A DNA stretch of 64,000 nt from an uncultured Myxococcales bacterium (GCA_903847405.1 CAINDP010000034.1:27950-91949), one strand, 5' to 3'; positions 27,375 to 37,666 are shown, numbered from the stretch's first letter. Notes: generated from the letters alone by a model not told the origin. Program-made: numbers and translations.

Positions 27375-29135
27375 CTACGCCCCCCGCCGCAGCACGCGCC
27401 CGGGCAGGGGGTCGGGGTGGAAGCCGTCGGGGTCCACGACGACGTGCCCGTTGATGAAGACCGTGTGGATGCCTTCGGGGTAGTGCGCCGGGTCCTGGGC
27501 GGTGGAGCGCGAGGTCAGGCGGTGTGCGTCGAAGACCACAAGGTCCGCGAAGGCGCCCTCGCGGATGCGGCCCCGATTCCGGATTCCCATCTGGTCGGCC
27601 GGGAGGGAGGTGGCCCGGCGGATGCCTTCCGCCATCGTCACGACGCCGCGATCCCGGGCGTAACTGCCCAGCCACCGCGGGTAGGCGTCGTAGAAGAGGT
27701 GCGACGGCATGCCGAAGCCCAGCAGGATCGTGTCGGTGACGATGGACACGTGGGGGTTGGACAGCGCGGCCAGGACGGAGCGCTCGACGAAGGGATCGCC
27801 CGGCCAGGTCGCGGTTTCGAACACCAGCACGCGCCCCTGCTCCTCGACCAGCAGGTCGCAGGCCACGTCGAAGGGGTGCCGGCCCGACTCGTCGCCGATC
27901 TGCTGCAGGCTCATGCCCTCCAGGCGCTTGTTGTGCGGCAGCGTCACGGACATGATGAAGGCCGCATCCCAGCCCATGACCTTGAACACGTTGAAGGACC
28001 ACGAATCCCGCCCGCGGTGGGGCCAGGCCACGTCGCCGTCCTGGATGCTCCGGAGGATCTGGGCGCGCTGATGGGGATCCTTCAGGCGTTCCAGCATCGC
28101 CCGAATCCCGCCCTGCAGCGTCCACGGCGGGAAGAAGGCCAGCAGGTGCGTGAACCCCGCGGACGTCGGCATCCCGTCGAAGCCGATGGGCTCGCCCGCG
28201 TCGGCGGCCTTGAAGGCCTTTTCCATGCGGCTGGCCAGCAGCCCGTCCACCGGGATGGGCAGCGGCAGGGCCTCGTACAGGCGGCTGCCCAGGTTCACGG
28301 CCGCGCGCGCCAGCAGGTCCAGCGGCCACTTCAGGCGCGGGATGCAGAACAGGTGGCTGACCTGCAGCGGGACCTCGGCGGATCGGCAGACGTCCATGAC
28401 CTCGTCCAGGGCCTGGACCATCGTGTCCGAGTTGTACGACCGCAGGTGCGAGGTGAAGATCCCGTTGTACCGGTGGAGCACGCGGGCCAGTTCCGTCAAT
28501 TCGTGGGAGTCCGACGCCAGGCCCGGGAAGTACATGAGGCCCGTGGACATCCCCAGTGCGCCCGCCTCCATGCAATCCGCCAGCATGCCTTTCAGGGCCC
28601 GCAGGTCGTCGGGGTTCGCCGTTTCGTTCCGGTCGCCCATGGCGTTCAGTCGGAGGATGCCGTGGGGCGCCAGGAACCCGGCGTTCAGCAGCATGCCCTG
28701 GGACTCGCACGTGTCCAGCATCTGGCCGAACGTGCTCCAGTGGACGTTGTCCTCCTGGGGCGCCCCCAGGAAGAAGTCGAAGAACGTGAAGATGTCGGCG
28801 GCGTTTTCGGGGAACACCGGCGCCATGGACACGCCGCAGTTCCCGCCCACGAACGTGGTGATGCCCTGGCGGACCAGCGGCTCCAGGATCGACGCGTGGT
28901 CCGGGCGCACCGCCGTCATGTCGGCGTGGGAGTGTGCGTCGATGAAGCCCGGGCACAGCGCCAGGCCCCGGGCATTCACCCGGCGCCGGGCGGTCGCGTC
29001 GGCCAGGTCCCCGATGGCGGCGATGCGGTCCGCCTTCACCCCGACGTCGGCCGTGAAGGGGTTGCGCCCCGTCCCGTCGTAGACCTGCGCTCCCTCAATG
29101 ACGACGTCGAACCGGGGAGCAGTCTTCACAGCCAC
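27375..29135 (-). CDS. N-acyl-D-amino-acid deacylase (amidohydrolase)
   Basis: PGFIDAHSH, QGITT..GNCG, STGLMY, SHLR and ADLVVFD motifs; GTG start after GGAGG. Confidence 0.88.
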   Translation of the reverse strand: MAVKTAPRFDVVIEGAQVYDGTGRNPFTADVGVKADRIAAIGDLADATARRRVNARGLALCPGFIDAHSHADMTAVRPDHASILEPLVRQGITTFVGGNCGVSMAPVFPENAADIFTFFDFFLGAPQEDNVHWSTFGQMLDTCESQGMLLNAGFLAPHGILRLNAMGDRNETANPDDLRALKGMLADCMEAGALGMSTGLMYFPGLASDSHELTELARVLHRYNGIFTSHLRSYNSDTMVQALDEVMDVCRSAEVPLQVSHLFCIPRLKWPLDLLARAAVNLGSRLYEALPLPIPVDGLLASRMEKAFKAADAGEPIGFDGMPTSAGFTHLLAFFPPWTLQGGIRAMLERLKDPHQRAQILRSIQDGDVAWPHRGRDSWSFNVFKVMGWDAAFIMSVTLPHNKRLEGMSLQQIGDESGRHPFDVACDLLVEEQGRVLVFETATWPGDPFVERSVLAALSNPHVSIVTDTILLGFGMPSHLFYDAYPRWLGSYARDRGVVTMAEGIRRATSLPADQMGIRNRGRIREGAFADLVVFDAHRLTSRSTAQDPAHYPEGIHTVFINGHVVVDPDGFHPDPLPGRVLRRGA

Positions 29136-29202
29136 GAGGGCCTCCAACCGGGGAGTCGTGGGAGTGTACCAGACACGACGCGTTCGCCGCGATGCGCAAT
29201 GG

Positions 29203-29219
29203 AAATGGGGACAGACACC
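29203..29219. repeat. Single copy of the aaatggggacagacacc repeat arm
   Basis: 17-bp identity to the inverted-repeat arm at 19929. Confidence 0.75.
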
Positions 29220-29224
29220 ATTTT

Positions 29225-30415
29225 CTAGATTCCCTGCCGCAGGGTCCGGGCCATGCAGCGGGCGAGGTTCCCGTCGTCGTCGCGGTCGTGCATGGAGCCC
29301 CCCATGCAGGCCGCCCACTCCCGGCAGGAGGCGCAGGGCCCCCGGCGCAGGCGGGCGCGGTCGCGGAAGGGCCGGAAGCGGTCGCGCCAGACCTCCGACA
29401 CGCGCTGGGTGCCGGCGTCGCCCTGGACGTTGAACCCCGAGTGGATGACCGGGCAGCCGACGATGCGGCCGTCGTGCTCGATGCCCAGGACCGTCAGGCC
29501 GGCCCGGCAGTACAGGAAGGACCCGCGCAGCAGGCCCCCCTCCCACTCCAGGCCGCACCAGCCGTCGTCCACGAACTCGATTTCGATCGTGCGCCGGCCC
29601 TCGCGAAACGCCACGCGCTGCTCGGCCAGCCAGGACAGGACGCGGCGCAGATCCCCGGGCGTCAGCACCTCCTCCGGCGCATCGGCCGCCCGCCCCACGG
29701 GGAAGATCGCCGACAGGCGGGCGAACCGGATGCCCAGGTCCTCGAACCGCTGGAACACGCCGGGCACCTCGGGCAGGTTCAGGGGCGACGCAGCGCAGAT
29801 GGTCGTCAGGCCCAGTTCGGGGTACCGCTGCTGCACGTACTCGATCGCGCGCCAGGTCCAGGCCCCTGCCGAGGCGTCGCCACGCAGGACGCGCTGGGCC
29901 GGGCCCGTTCCGTCCACCGAGATCGTGGGGCACCGCATGCCCGCCTCCACCAGGCGGTCGATCAGCGTCAGGTCCCGGCCATAGGCGACGCCGTTGGAGT
30001 CAACGGCCACGGTCCGGAATCCCAGGCGCACCATGTGCCCGACGATGTCCACCAGGTCCGGCCGCAGGGTCGCCTCGCCGCCCGTGATGCCGATCATGAT
30101 CGACGCCGGGTCGAAGTCCTCGGCCATCTCCGCGAAGATGCGCTTCACCTCGTCGGTGGACAGGTCCGCGCCCGGGCTTTCCTCGGAGGGCAGCACGCAG
30201 TACCGGCAGCGCAGGTTGCAGCGCCGGGTGGCCATCCAGATGACGTAGCGCAGCGTGGGGTTCGCCAGGACGTGATGGAAGTTCGACCGCCACTCGGCGA
30301 GGCTGGCGCGGAAGGCCGGGTCCCGGACGCGGGCGGCCTGGATCGCCGGCAGGGACGCGGCGAAGGCCGCCGACGGGGCACAGGGCTGGCCGGGGTCGCT
30401 GGGCCGGTCGGGCAT
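29225..30415 (-). CDS. Radical SAM/SPASM enzyme resembling the rSAM/lipoprotein-system family
   Basis: CNLRCRYC, ITGGE and ISVDG; SPASM motifs CRAG..GC and CASC...CMGG...C; start overlaps the stop of the upstream lipoprotein (TGATG). Confidence 0.85.
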   Translation of the reverse strand: MPDRPSDPGQPCAPSAAFAASLPAIQAARVRDPAFRASLAEWRSNFHHVLANPTLRYVIWMATRRCNLRCRYCVLPSEESPGADLSTDEVKRIFAEMAEDFDPASIMIGITGGEATLRPDLVDIVGHMVRLGFRTVAVDSNGVAYGRDLTLIDRLVEAGMRCPTISVDGTGPAQRVLRGDASAGAWTWRAIEYVQQRYPELGLTTICAASPLNLPEVPGVFQRFEDLGIRFARLSAIFPVGRAADAPEEVLTPGDLRRVLSWLAEQRVAFREGRRTIEIEFVDDGWCGLEWEGGLLRGSFLYCRAGLTVLGIEHDGRIVGCPVIHSGFNVQGDAGTQRVSEVWRDRFRPFRDRARLRRGPCASCREWAACMGGSMHDRDDDGNLARCMARTLRQGI

Positions 30416-31272
30416 CACGGCGTCTTCACGCAGGCGGTAGTGATGCCCACGTCCGCGCAGGTCGCGCCCTCGGGGCATGGCGTCCCGGCGGGATCGCACA
30501 CGATCGGCAGGCAGACCTCGGTGGGCGCGATGCAGAACAATCCGGGCGGGCAGTATTCCCGGCAGAAGTGCTGGGGCGACGCGCAGTCCTGTGCCGATGC
30601 GCACCGCTGCCCGAGGCCGACCAGGGGCGGGGTCAACCGGGCGCACACCTTCATCGTGGACCCGCTGGACTTCAGGTCATAGGGAAAGCAGACCGCCCCC
30701 TCGGGGCACGCGTCGTTCGTCCCGCAGGGCTTCGGGATGCAGATCGGCTCGTTGCACCCGGGAGCCGGGGCGATGCAGAACAAGGCGACTTCGCAGAAGT
30801 ACTCCTGGCCGCAGTCCGCGTCCGCCACGCACGGCGCCAGGAACCCGCCCAACGCGGGCACCGGCGACACGTCGGTCCCCGGGTCGAACGGAGCGATCGC
30901 GATGATGTCCGGCGGCGCATCGGACGGCCCCGGGTCGAACGGCGCGATGGCGATCATCTCGGGCGGCAGGTCGCCGGGTCCCGGATCGAACGGGGCGATC
31001 GCGATCATCTCGGGCCAGGCGTCGATGGGCCCCGGGTCGAACGGCGGGGCGATGGCGATGATTTCGGGATCCACCCAGCCGTCGGGCATGTCGGGGCGGT
31101 CGGCCACGATGTCCGCGGGAGCGTCGGCCATATCCTTGCCGTCGTCCTTCGCGCACCCGGTCAGCCCCAGGGGCGCCAGGATCATCAGCGCCCCGCCCGT
31201 GTACATCCGCCGGCGGTCCATCCACCGGGGACGACGCGATGCCTGCGCGGAACACTCCCCGTGCTTCGCCAT
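30415..31272 (-). CDS. Lipoprotein with four IAIAP(P)FDPG cassettes and a Cys-rich C-terminal domain; candidate rSAM substrate
   Basis: Arg-rich N-terminus, lipobox LTGC, four 17-18 aa repeats at 30878-31071, Cys-rich tail. Start codon uncertain. Confidence 0.7.
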   Translation of the reverse strand: MAKHGECSAQASRRPRWMDRRRMYTGGALMILAPLGLTGCAKDDGKDMADAPADIVADRPDMPDGWVDPEIIAIAPPFDPGPIDAWPEMIAIAPFDPGPGDLPPEMIAIAPFDPGPSDAPPDIIAIAPFDPGTDVSPVPALGGFLAPCVADADCGQEYFCEVALFCIAPAPGCNEPICIPKPCGTNDACPEGAVCFPYDLKSSGSTMKVCARLTPPLVGLGQRCASAQDCASPQHFCREYCPPGLFCIAPTEVCLPIVCDPAGTPCPEGATCADVGITTACVKTP

Positions 31273-31372
31273 GATCCCTGCCTCGCCGAAATCCACGTCC
31301 ATCATACGAAAAATGGGGGGACAGAGTCCACGTTTCCGGCTACCTTCGCCCCAACACCCGGAGGCACCCGAC

Positions 31373-32077
31373 ATGCCGCGCGCGAATGGACGCCCCCTCG
31401 ATCAGTTGCGAGAAGTCCGCATCATCACCGGCGTCCAGAAGGACCCCTGGGGATCGGTGCAGATCGCCTTCGAAGATACCGTCGTCCTGGTTGCGGCCAC
31501 GGTCGCCGAGCAGGTCCCTCCGTGGCTGAAGGGCAAGGGACGCGGCTGGATCACGGCCGAGTACTCCATGCTCCCGGGCTCGACGCCGGGCCGCCAGGGC
31601 CGCGTCCAGAAGGGTCGCTCGGAAGAAATCCAGCGCCTGGTCGGCCGCTCCCTGCGCGCCATGGTGGACCTGACGGCCCTGGGCGAACGCCTGATCACGG
31701 TGGACTGCGACGTGATCCAGGCCGACGCCGGAACGCGCTGCGCCGCGATCACCGGGGGATGCGTGGCCGTGGAACTGGCGATCGCCCGCCTGCTGAAGGA
31801 GGGCCTCCTGACAGCCTCGCCCGTCCGGCGCCGCGTCTGCGCCGTGTCCTGCACCGTGACCGACGGGGTCCCCATGCTGGACCCGGACTACTCGGAAGAC
31901 CACCGCGCCGACGTGGACGCGAACTTCGTGTTCTGCGACGACGGGCGCCTGGTGGAAATCCAGGGGACGGCAGAGGGCGAACCCTTTGACACCCCGACCC
32001 TGGAAGCCCTGCTGCGCCTGGCCCGGCAAGGCGCCGACACGCTGTTCCAGATCCAGAAGAACACGATCGGCCGGTGA
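31373..32077 (+). CDS. rph: Ribonuclease PH
   Basis: GWITAEYSMLP, EIQRLVGRSLR, DVIQADAGTR, DYSED and EIQGTAEG motifs. Confidence 0.95.
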   Translation: MPRANGRPLDQLREVRIITGVQKDPWGSVQIAFEDTVVLVAATVAEQVPPWLKGKGRGWITAEYSMLPGSTPGRQGRVQKGRSEEIQRLVGRSLRAMVDLTALGERLITVDCDVIQADAGTRCAAITGGCVAVELAIARLLKEGLLTASPVRRRVCAVSCTVTDGVPMLDPDYSEDHRADVDANFVFCDDGRLVEIQGTAEGEPFDTPTLEALLRLARQGADTLFQIQKNTIGR

Positions 32078-32180
32078 TCGGCCCCCGAGGACTGGCAGGA
32101 ACCGGCGCGAGGATCAGGTATAATGCCGCCGGTCCGGCCCCCGCTGTTGACGGATGGGGCCGGCATCGGACGGAGGCTGG

Positions 32181-33278
32181 ATGTCTGGCGTGTTGAAGCG
32201 GTCGATCGTCGAGGGAATCCAGGCCGTCTGCCTGCCTTCGCCCGGCGGCGAGGAATGGTTCGTGTCGGCGGATGCCCCGCACGGGGGCGACGCAGGCACG
32301 CTGCAGCAGTCGGCCCGGGGATTCCTGGGCGCCCACGGGCTGAAGGCCGTCGCCGGCCTGGCGTTCGGCGCCTGTGACGCGGGTCGTCCCGCGGACGGGC
32401 TCCCGTGGCCCGTGACGTGGGCCGGCGCGGACGGCGGCGTGGTATCCCCGGCGACCGGGATCCAGGTCCATGCGGTCACCGGGCTGACGATGGAACCGGT
32501 GGTCCTGGACGGCCTGGTGGTGGGCCACGTGGTGGACGCCCCGGACGCGCGCTGGTGCGTCCTGTCGGGGGTCGGCCCGGCCGACGGATCCGCCGATCGC
32601 GCGACGCAGGCCCGCAGCGTCTTCGAGCGCCTGGAAGCCACGCTGGCATCGGCCGGGCTGGGGCTGCCGGACCTCGCCCGGACCTGGCTGTACCTGGATC
32701 GGATCCTCGAGTGGTACGACGACTTCAACCGCGTCCGCACCGAATTCTTCACCCAGCGCGGCGTTTTCGACGGCCTGGTTCCGGCCAGCACGGGCATCGG
32801 CGCCGGCAACCCGCAGGGGTACGCGATGGTGGCCGGCGCCCTGGCCATCCGCCCCCGCAACGGCAGCGTCGCCGTCGTCGAGGTGGCCTCGCCGCTGCAG
32901 TGCACGGCCCGGGCCTACCGCAGCTCGTTCAGCCGCGCGGTCGAAATCCGGCGCCCCGGCATCCGGCGGCTGCTGGTCTCCGGCACGGCCAGCATCGCCC
33001 CCGACGGGGCTACCGCCTGGCCCACCGACGTCCGCAAGCAGGTCGACCTGACCCTGGACGTGGTGGAAGGAATCCTGCAATCCCGCCAGATGGGCTGGGC
33101 GGACATCACCCGCTCGGTCGCGTACTTCCCGGACCTGGCGAACGCGCACCACCTGGACGCCGCCCTGCGGGAACGGGGGATTGCCGCGATGCCGTTGACC
33201 CTGGCGAAGGGCGACGTATGCCGGGACGACCTGCTGTTCGAACTGGAGGCCGACGCGGCTGTGGTCGCAGGCCTCTGA
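32181..33278 (+). CDS. YjgF/RidA-fold protein related to FkbO/Hyg5-type enzymes
   Basis: RTWLYL, PASTGIG, FSRA, SGTASI and DVCRDDLLFELE motifs. Confidence 0.7.
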   Translation: MSGVLKRSIVEGIQAVCLPSPGGEEWFVSADAPHGGDAGTLQQSARGFLGAHGLKAVAGLAFGACDAGRPADGLPWPVTWAGADGGVVSPATGIQVHAVTGLTMEPVVLDGLVVGHVVDAPDARWCVLSGVGPADGSADRATQARSVFERLEATLASAGLGLPDLARTWLYLDRILEWYDDFNRVRTEFFTQRGVFDGLVPASTGIGAGNPQGYAMVAGALAIRPRNGSVAVVEVASPLQCTARAYRSSFSRAVEIRRPGIRRLLVSGTASIAPDGATAWPTDVRKQVDLTLDVVEGILQSRQMGWADITRSVAYFPDLANAHHLDAALRERGIAAMPLTLAKGDVCRDDLLFELEADAAVVAGL

Positions 33279-33359
33279 CCCCGTCACCCCCATCGGATCG
33301 ATTCACCCGCAACGCCCGTCACGGCACAACCGACCCATCACCCGTCCATCCACGGAATC

Positions 33360-35432
33360 CTAGAAAGGGGTGACCACGGTCGGAGGCGGCTGCTGGGGCG
33401 GCGGAGGCGGAGGCGGCGGCGGCGGCACGGGCGGCGGCGGCGGCGGCGGCGGCGCCGGGTCGAACAGGGGCATGAAGTAGACCATTTCCGACGTCACGAC
33501 CGGCGGGGTCGTGACGGTGCCCGGCGGGTAGACCCAGTCCAGGAACTCCTGGTTCAACTTGCGGTACATCCAGTAGGACTCGATGCGCAGTTCGGTCACG
33601 CCCGGAGGCAGCACGAACGCGTAGTCGTCCTCGGTCACGCGGTGGAACTCGATCGCCCGGGTGACGATCTTTTCCTTGATCTGCCAGACGCGGTCGCGGT
33701 CGACCGGCTTGCCGTCCTCGCCCATCATGTACCCGCCCATCCGGTGGGCCTCCGGGTCGATCGCGTGGCCCGCCCCGATTTCCCCGACGTTGAACAGGAC
33801 GTTCCCCGCCTGATCGGTCACCTTCACCTTCTGCCAGGCCTCGATCAGGTCCAGGGGCCCGCCGGGGAACAGGTGATCGACGGTCGCGTTGATCGTCAGG
33901 ATCCGGAACTTGAACTCGGCGCCGACGACCGGGTCCGACATGGGCATCGCCTTCTGGACGATCCACAGCATCCGGTTCTTGGCCAGGTCGCGGGGCTCCC
34001 AGAAACTGCCCCAGCCCTCCAGTTGCACCGGCAGCAGTCCCCGGCTGAACTTCTGGAAGATTTCAACCACGTCCGGCTGCCCCAGCACCGTCGGCATGAT
34101 CGAGTTGGTTCCCGGGAAGATGTGGTTCATTTCCTTGCTGTTCAGGCCCAACTGGTCCCGCGGCTGCATGTGGCAGTGGATGCACTTCGGCTTCACCAGC
34201 GGGGTGTCCTTGGTCGGCTTGATCTGCAGGCGATGGCAGGCCTGGCAGTACTCGTCCTCGAAGTACAGCGGCTTGCGGAACACCCGGGCGTGGCCGAAGG
34301 GGTTCAGTTCGATCAGCCGGCGGTTCAGGGGCCCGATCGCGTCGCGCCCGCCCTCGTCGAACATCCGCAGGTGGTTCAGGTCCAGTTTGACCGTGATGTC
34401 GCTCTTGCGCGGATCCTCCCAGGGACGGACCGAGTCGATCTGGTGGCAGAAGGTGCAGGAGTAGTTGATTTCGGTGAAGGCGCCCGACAGCTTCTTGGTG
34501 CGGTCGAACATCATCCGGGGGTAGTGGCAGCCCCCGCAGGTGATCTGGTTGTGCTCGCCGATTTCCGACGCCAGCAGCGCGACGTTCTTCTGCAGGTACG
34601 TCGTGTGCATCGAGCGCCCGTGCGCCGATTTCGTCAGGTCGCTGAGGAGGTTCGGATGGCATCCGGCGCCGTCGCCGCAACTGTCGGTGCGGGTGGCCAG
34701 GTCCGGCTCGTTGAAATCCTTGGGCAGGATGTCCTGCTCATCGGGACCGCGACGCTCGATCGCGAACGTCGACAGGTGGAAACGGTACAGCGGCGATTCG
34801 GGGCGGTTGACCAGGTCCAGGCCCAGGATCAGGACCAGAAGGACCGCGACCGAAATCCAGATCCTGCGGTTGGCGGCGAAGACCGGCGCGGGCGCGGGAA
34901 CGTCCGCCCCGCCCGCCGACTTCGAGGCCCGCCAGTCCGCGAACGCCCAGGCGATCAGAACCGGCACGAACACGAATCCCGCCGCACGGTGCAGGACCAG
35001 CACGCCCTCCAGGCCGCGCCCGCCCAGCGCGATGCCGAACAGCGTTCCGGTGACCGCCATGACCGTGAAGGTGTAAAGGGTGACGAGGTCCAGGAACCGG
35101 GCCAGCGGCCTGCGGTGCCGGATCGCCAGGAACAGCGGCCACGCGCCCAGCACCAGCATGTTCCCCATCAAGGACGGCCAGCGTGCCGACGCGCCCGTGA
35201 ACACGGCGGTCGTGACGAGGGCCGGAAGGACCGCCCGCAACCCCAGGTCGCGCGTGGTTTCCGGCGTGCGCCGGACCAGCAGCCGGGCCACGAAGGGTAT
35301 CGAGGCCAGGATCCCGACCAGGGGGTGGAACAGCAGGTTTGCCTTGTAGACCAGCGTCCAGGACTCGGAAAACAGGACCCAGAAGCCCGTGACGATCGCC
35401 AGGAACATGAGCGGTCCGCTGCGCCTGGTCAT
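33360..35432 (-). CDS. Membrane-anchored multiheme c-type cytochrome 1
   Basis: ATGA overlap with the upstream gene; N-terminal TM block; CGDGAGCH, CGGCH, CTFCH, CQACH and CIHCH; DHLFP domain; Pro-rich tail. Confidence 0.85.
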   Translation of the reverse strand: MTRRSGPLMFLAIVTGFWVLFSESWTLVYKANLLFHPLVGILASIPFVARLLVRRTPETTRDLGLRAVLPALVTTAVFTGASARWPSLMGNMLVLGAWPLFLAIRHRRPLARFLDLVTLYTFTVMAVTGTLFGIALGGRGLEGVLVLHRAAGFVFVPVLIAWAFADWRASKSAGGADVPAPAPVFAANRRIWISVAVLLVLILGLDLVNRPESPLYRFHLSTFAIERRGPDEQDILPKDFNEPDLATRTDSCGDGAGCHPNLLSDLTKSAHGRSMHTTYLQKNVALLASEIGEHNQITCGGCHYPRMMFDRTKKLSGAFTEINYSCTFCHQIDSVRPWEDPRKSDITVKLDLNHLRMFDEGGRDAIGPLNRRLIELNPFGHARVFRKPLYFEDEYCQACHRLQIKPTKDTPLVKPKCIHCHMQPRDQLGLNSKEMNHIFPGTNSIMPTVLGQPDVVEIFQKFSRGLLPVQLEGWGSFWEPRDLAKNRMLWIVQKAMPMSDPVVGAEFKFRILTINATVDHLFPGGPLDLIEAWQKVKVTDQAGNVLFNVGEIGAGHAIDPEAHRMGGYMMGEDGKPVDRDRVWQIKEKIVTRAIEFHRVTEDDYAFVLPPGVTELRIESYWMYRKLNQEFLDWVYPPGTVTTPPVVTSEMVYFMPLFDPAPPPPPPPPVPPPPPPPPPPQQPPPTVVTPF

Positions 35433-37666
35433 GCGTCCTGACTCCCTGCCCGACGGAACGAGGCCGCCACGGCGATCAGCGAGATCCCGGCCGCGATCAT
35501 CGCGAGCCCGGAATACCCCACCAGAAGGATCGGGGGCTTGAAGCAGAACAGCGAGAAGCCGCCACCCAGCAGCCACCAGGCCAGGGCGACGTGCTGCAGT
35601 TCCTCCTTGACCCGGGCCAGCACGGTGGAAAGGGCCATCCCCGCCCCGAGGCCCGCGGCCAGCGGAGCGACATTGACCCACTGCGAACGGTGCAGTCCGT
35701 ACAGGGCGGCAAGCCCGCCCGCGAACAGCACGGCCGCCAGCGCCGCCACGATCGGCGAGCGGGCCCAGCGTCCGACGGCCAGGAAACCGATGGCGGTGCC
35801 CGCGACGAAGACCATTTCCAGGACGTTCCACGACGGTATCCCGAAGGGCGCGAGGATCAGCGCGTTGTGGCAGGCGAAGATGGTTTCGGCAAGGCCGGCC
35901 GCCAGCCCGGCCCCTGCGGCAGCCGCGCCCCACCCCAGGCCGACGCCGTTGCGGGCCCGGGTGCGACGGACGAAGGACCGGATGACCAGCAGGAACAGGG
36001 CCGACAGCCCCAGGTGGATGAACCCGATCGTCCGCTGCATCGAGTTCTGCAGGAACGGCTTGTCGTCGGAGGTCCGGCAGGATTCCCGGTCCTGGGGGGT
36101 GATCTTCACGAAGCCGCTGAGCCGCTGCAGGTGCCGGTCGGTTTCCGCGATCCGTTCCCCGTCCCGCGACGCCACGACGAAGAGCAGCGGGGAGCCGCTG
36201 AGCGGGAAGAACGACAGCGTGGTCCAGTAGACCAGCGTCGATACGTCGTCCGGGAAACTGGCGACGAACCAGTCCGCCTCGCGCGTTTCCGACGACCCCC
36301 AGTCGATGAACAGGACCCCGCCCGGCTTCAGCAGGCGATCGAAGATCAGCCGCGTCCCCTCCTCGGTCAGCAGGAAGTGCTCGGCGAACACGTAGCTGCG
36401 GGGCAGGATGTAGGTCTTGGTCCCGATGCCGCTGTAGAACACGTAGTCGTACTTCTTGCCCTGGTCCGCCAGTTCCTCGAGGTTCGTCCGCCAGTCCCCC
36501 GTCAGGACCAGGGAGGTCGGCCGCGACATCGCCTTCCCCAGGTACTCCTCGTGGCCCGGGCGCAGGAATTCGGCGATCTTCGGGTCGTACTCGATGGTCG
36601 AGTTGTTGTTCTCGCCGCCCAGGAACAGTTCGATCGCACGGACGTTGGTGGCGATGGACCGGCCGACGTCGATCACGTCCAGGGGCTGCCGATCCGCCGG
36701 CGGAATCACGGCCGCGCCCGAGGCTGCCGGGGCCGTTGCGACCGGGGACTTCCCGAGCCCCTCGCCGACACGCTCGGGCTCCAGGACCACCTTGTTGCCG
36801 GTGCCCTCGCCGTGCTGCGACACCTTGTGGAAGGGGTCCAGGATCGCCTTGTACATGAACTCGGTTTCGGCCGGGACCCAGTCGGTGTCCCTGCACGAGA
36901 ACATCATCATGATGTTGTCCACGACGACACCCAGGCAGCGGTCGTCCATGAACGTGATGAAGTCGCACTTGACGTCGTGGCCGTAGCCGCCGTCCAGGTA
37001 CTTGTACTCGGTCAGGCCGAAGTTGAAGAACGTCCGCTGCGGATAGACCTGGAACAGCGTGACGACGGTCACGATCGCGGCGACCCCGACCGCCGCCGGA
37101 ATCGCGCGCAGCAGCAGCACCAGCGCCAGGCACAGGCCGCCCGCGAACAGCAGGTGCGGACCCAGCGGGCTGAACCCGTAGGCCAGGCCGACACCCAGGG
37201 CCTGGCCCACCAGGAACGCCCCGATCGGCCCCCGAAGGCGTCCGGCCCCGGCCAGGATCGAACCGAACCCCCACCCCATCGGCAGGAACAGCGCCGGCAC
37301 GACCAGCACCGTGATCAGCAGCGAGATCTGGTTCGCGATGCCGGATTTCGGCAACGGAACGGGGTAGTAGAGCTTGCTCATGATGGCCATGCTGGTGAAG
37401 TCGCGGTTGGTGAAGGCGGCATAGACGACGGCCAGGGCCGCAACCGCCATCACCGCTTCGCCCAACCGCCCCAGCCGGCCCCGCTTTGCGGCCACCCCGA
37501 ACGCGAACAGCGTCATGGCCAGCCCGATTTCCAGGGCGGACCCGAAACTGACCATCATGAGGGGTTCGAGGACGCTGATGTGGGAAATCAGGACGAACCC
37601 GGCAACCAGACCCAGGGCAGCCGCCCGCCACCACACACGCACGGAACCCGCATCGCCCGACGGCAT
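35429..37666 (-). CDS. Membrane protein with a central spermidine-synthase-like (class I SAM-fold) domain
   Basis: TM blocks at both ends; IEYDP, LLTEEG...LLKPGGVL and TSDDKPF motifs typical of TM-fused aminopropyltransferase-like proteins. Confidence 0.65.
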   Translation of the reverse strand: MPSGDAGSVRVWWRAAALGLVAGFVLISHISVLEPLMMVSFGSALEIGLAMTLFAFGVAAKRGRLGRLGEAVMAVAALAVVYAAFTNRDFTSMAIMSKLYYPVPLPKSGIANQISLLITVLVVPALFLPMGWGFGSILAGAGRLRGPIGAFLVGQALGVGLAYGFSPLGPHLLFAGGLCLALVLLLRAIPAAVGVAAIVTVVTLFQVYPQRTFFNFGLTEYKYLDGGYGHDVKCDFITFMDDRCLGVVVDNIMMMFSCRDTDWVPAETEFMYKAILDPFHKVSQHGEGTGNKVVLEPERVGEGLGKSPVATAPAASGAAVIPPADRQPLDVIDVGRSIATNVRAIELFLGGENNNSTIEYDPKIAEFLRPGHEEYLGKAMSRPTSLVLTGDWRTNLEELADQGKKYDYVFYSGIGTKTYILPRSYVFAEHFLLTEEGTRLIFDRLLKPGGVLFIDWGSSETREADWFVASFPDDVSTLVYWTTLSFFPLSGSPLLFVVASRDGERIAETDRHLQRLSGFVKITPQDRESCRTSDDKPFLQNSMQRTIGFIHLGLSALFLLVIRSFVRRTRARNGVGLGWGAAAAGAGLAAGLAETIFACHNALILAPFGIPSWNVLEMVFVAGTAIGFLAVGRWARSPIVAALAAVLFAGGLAALYGLHRSQWVNVAPLAAGLGAGMALSTVLARVKEELQHVALAWWLLGGGFSLFCFKPPILLVGYSGLAMIAAGISLIAVAASFRRAGSQDA

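Noticed and set aside
33385-33455. GGC-rich tract as a mobile or contingency repeat
   Set aside because: It encodes the poly-Pro tail of cytochrome 1; ordinary low complexity.
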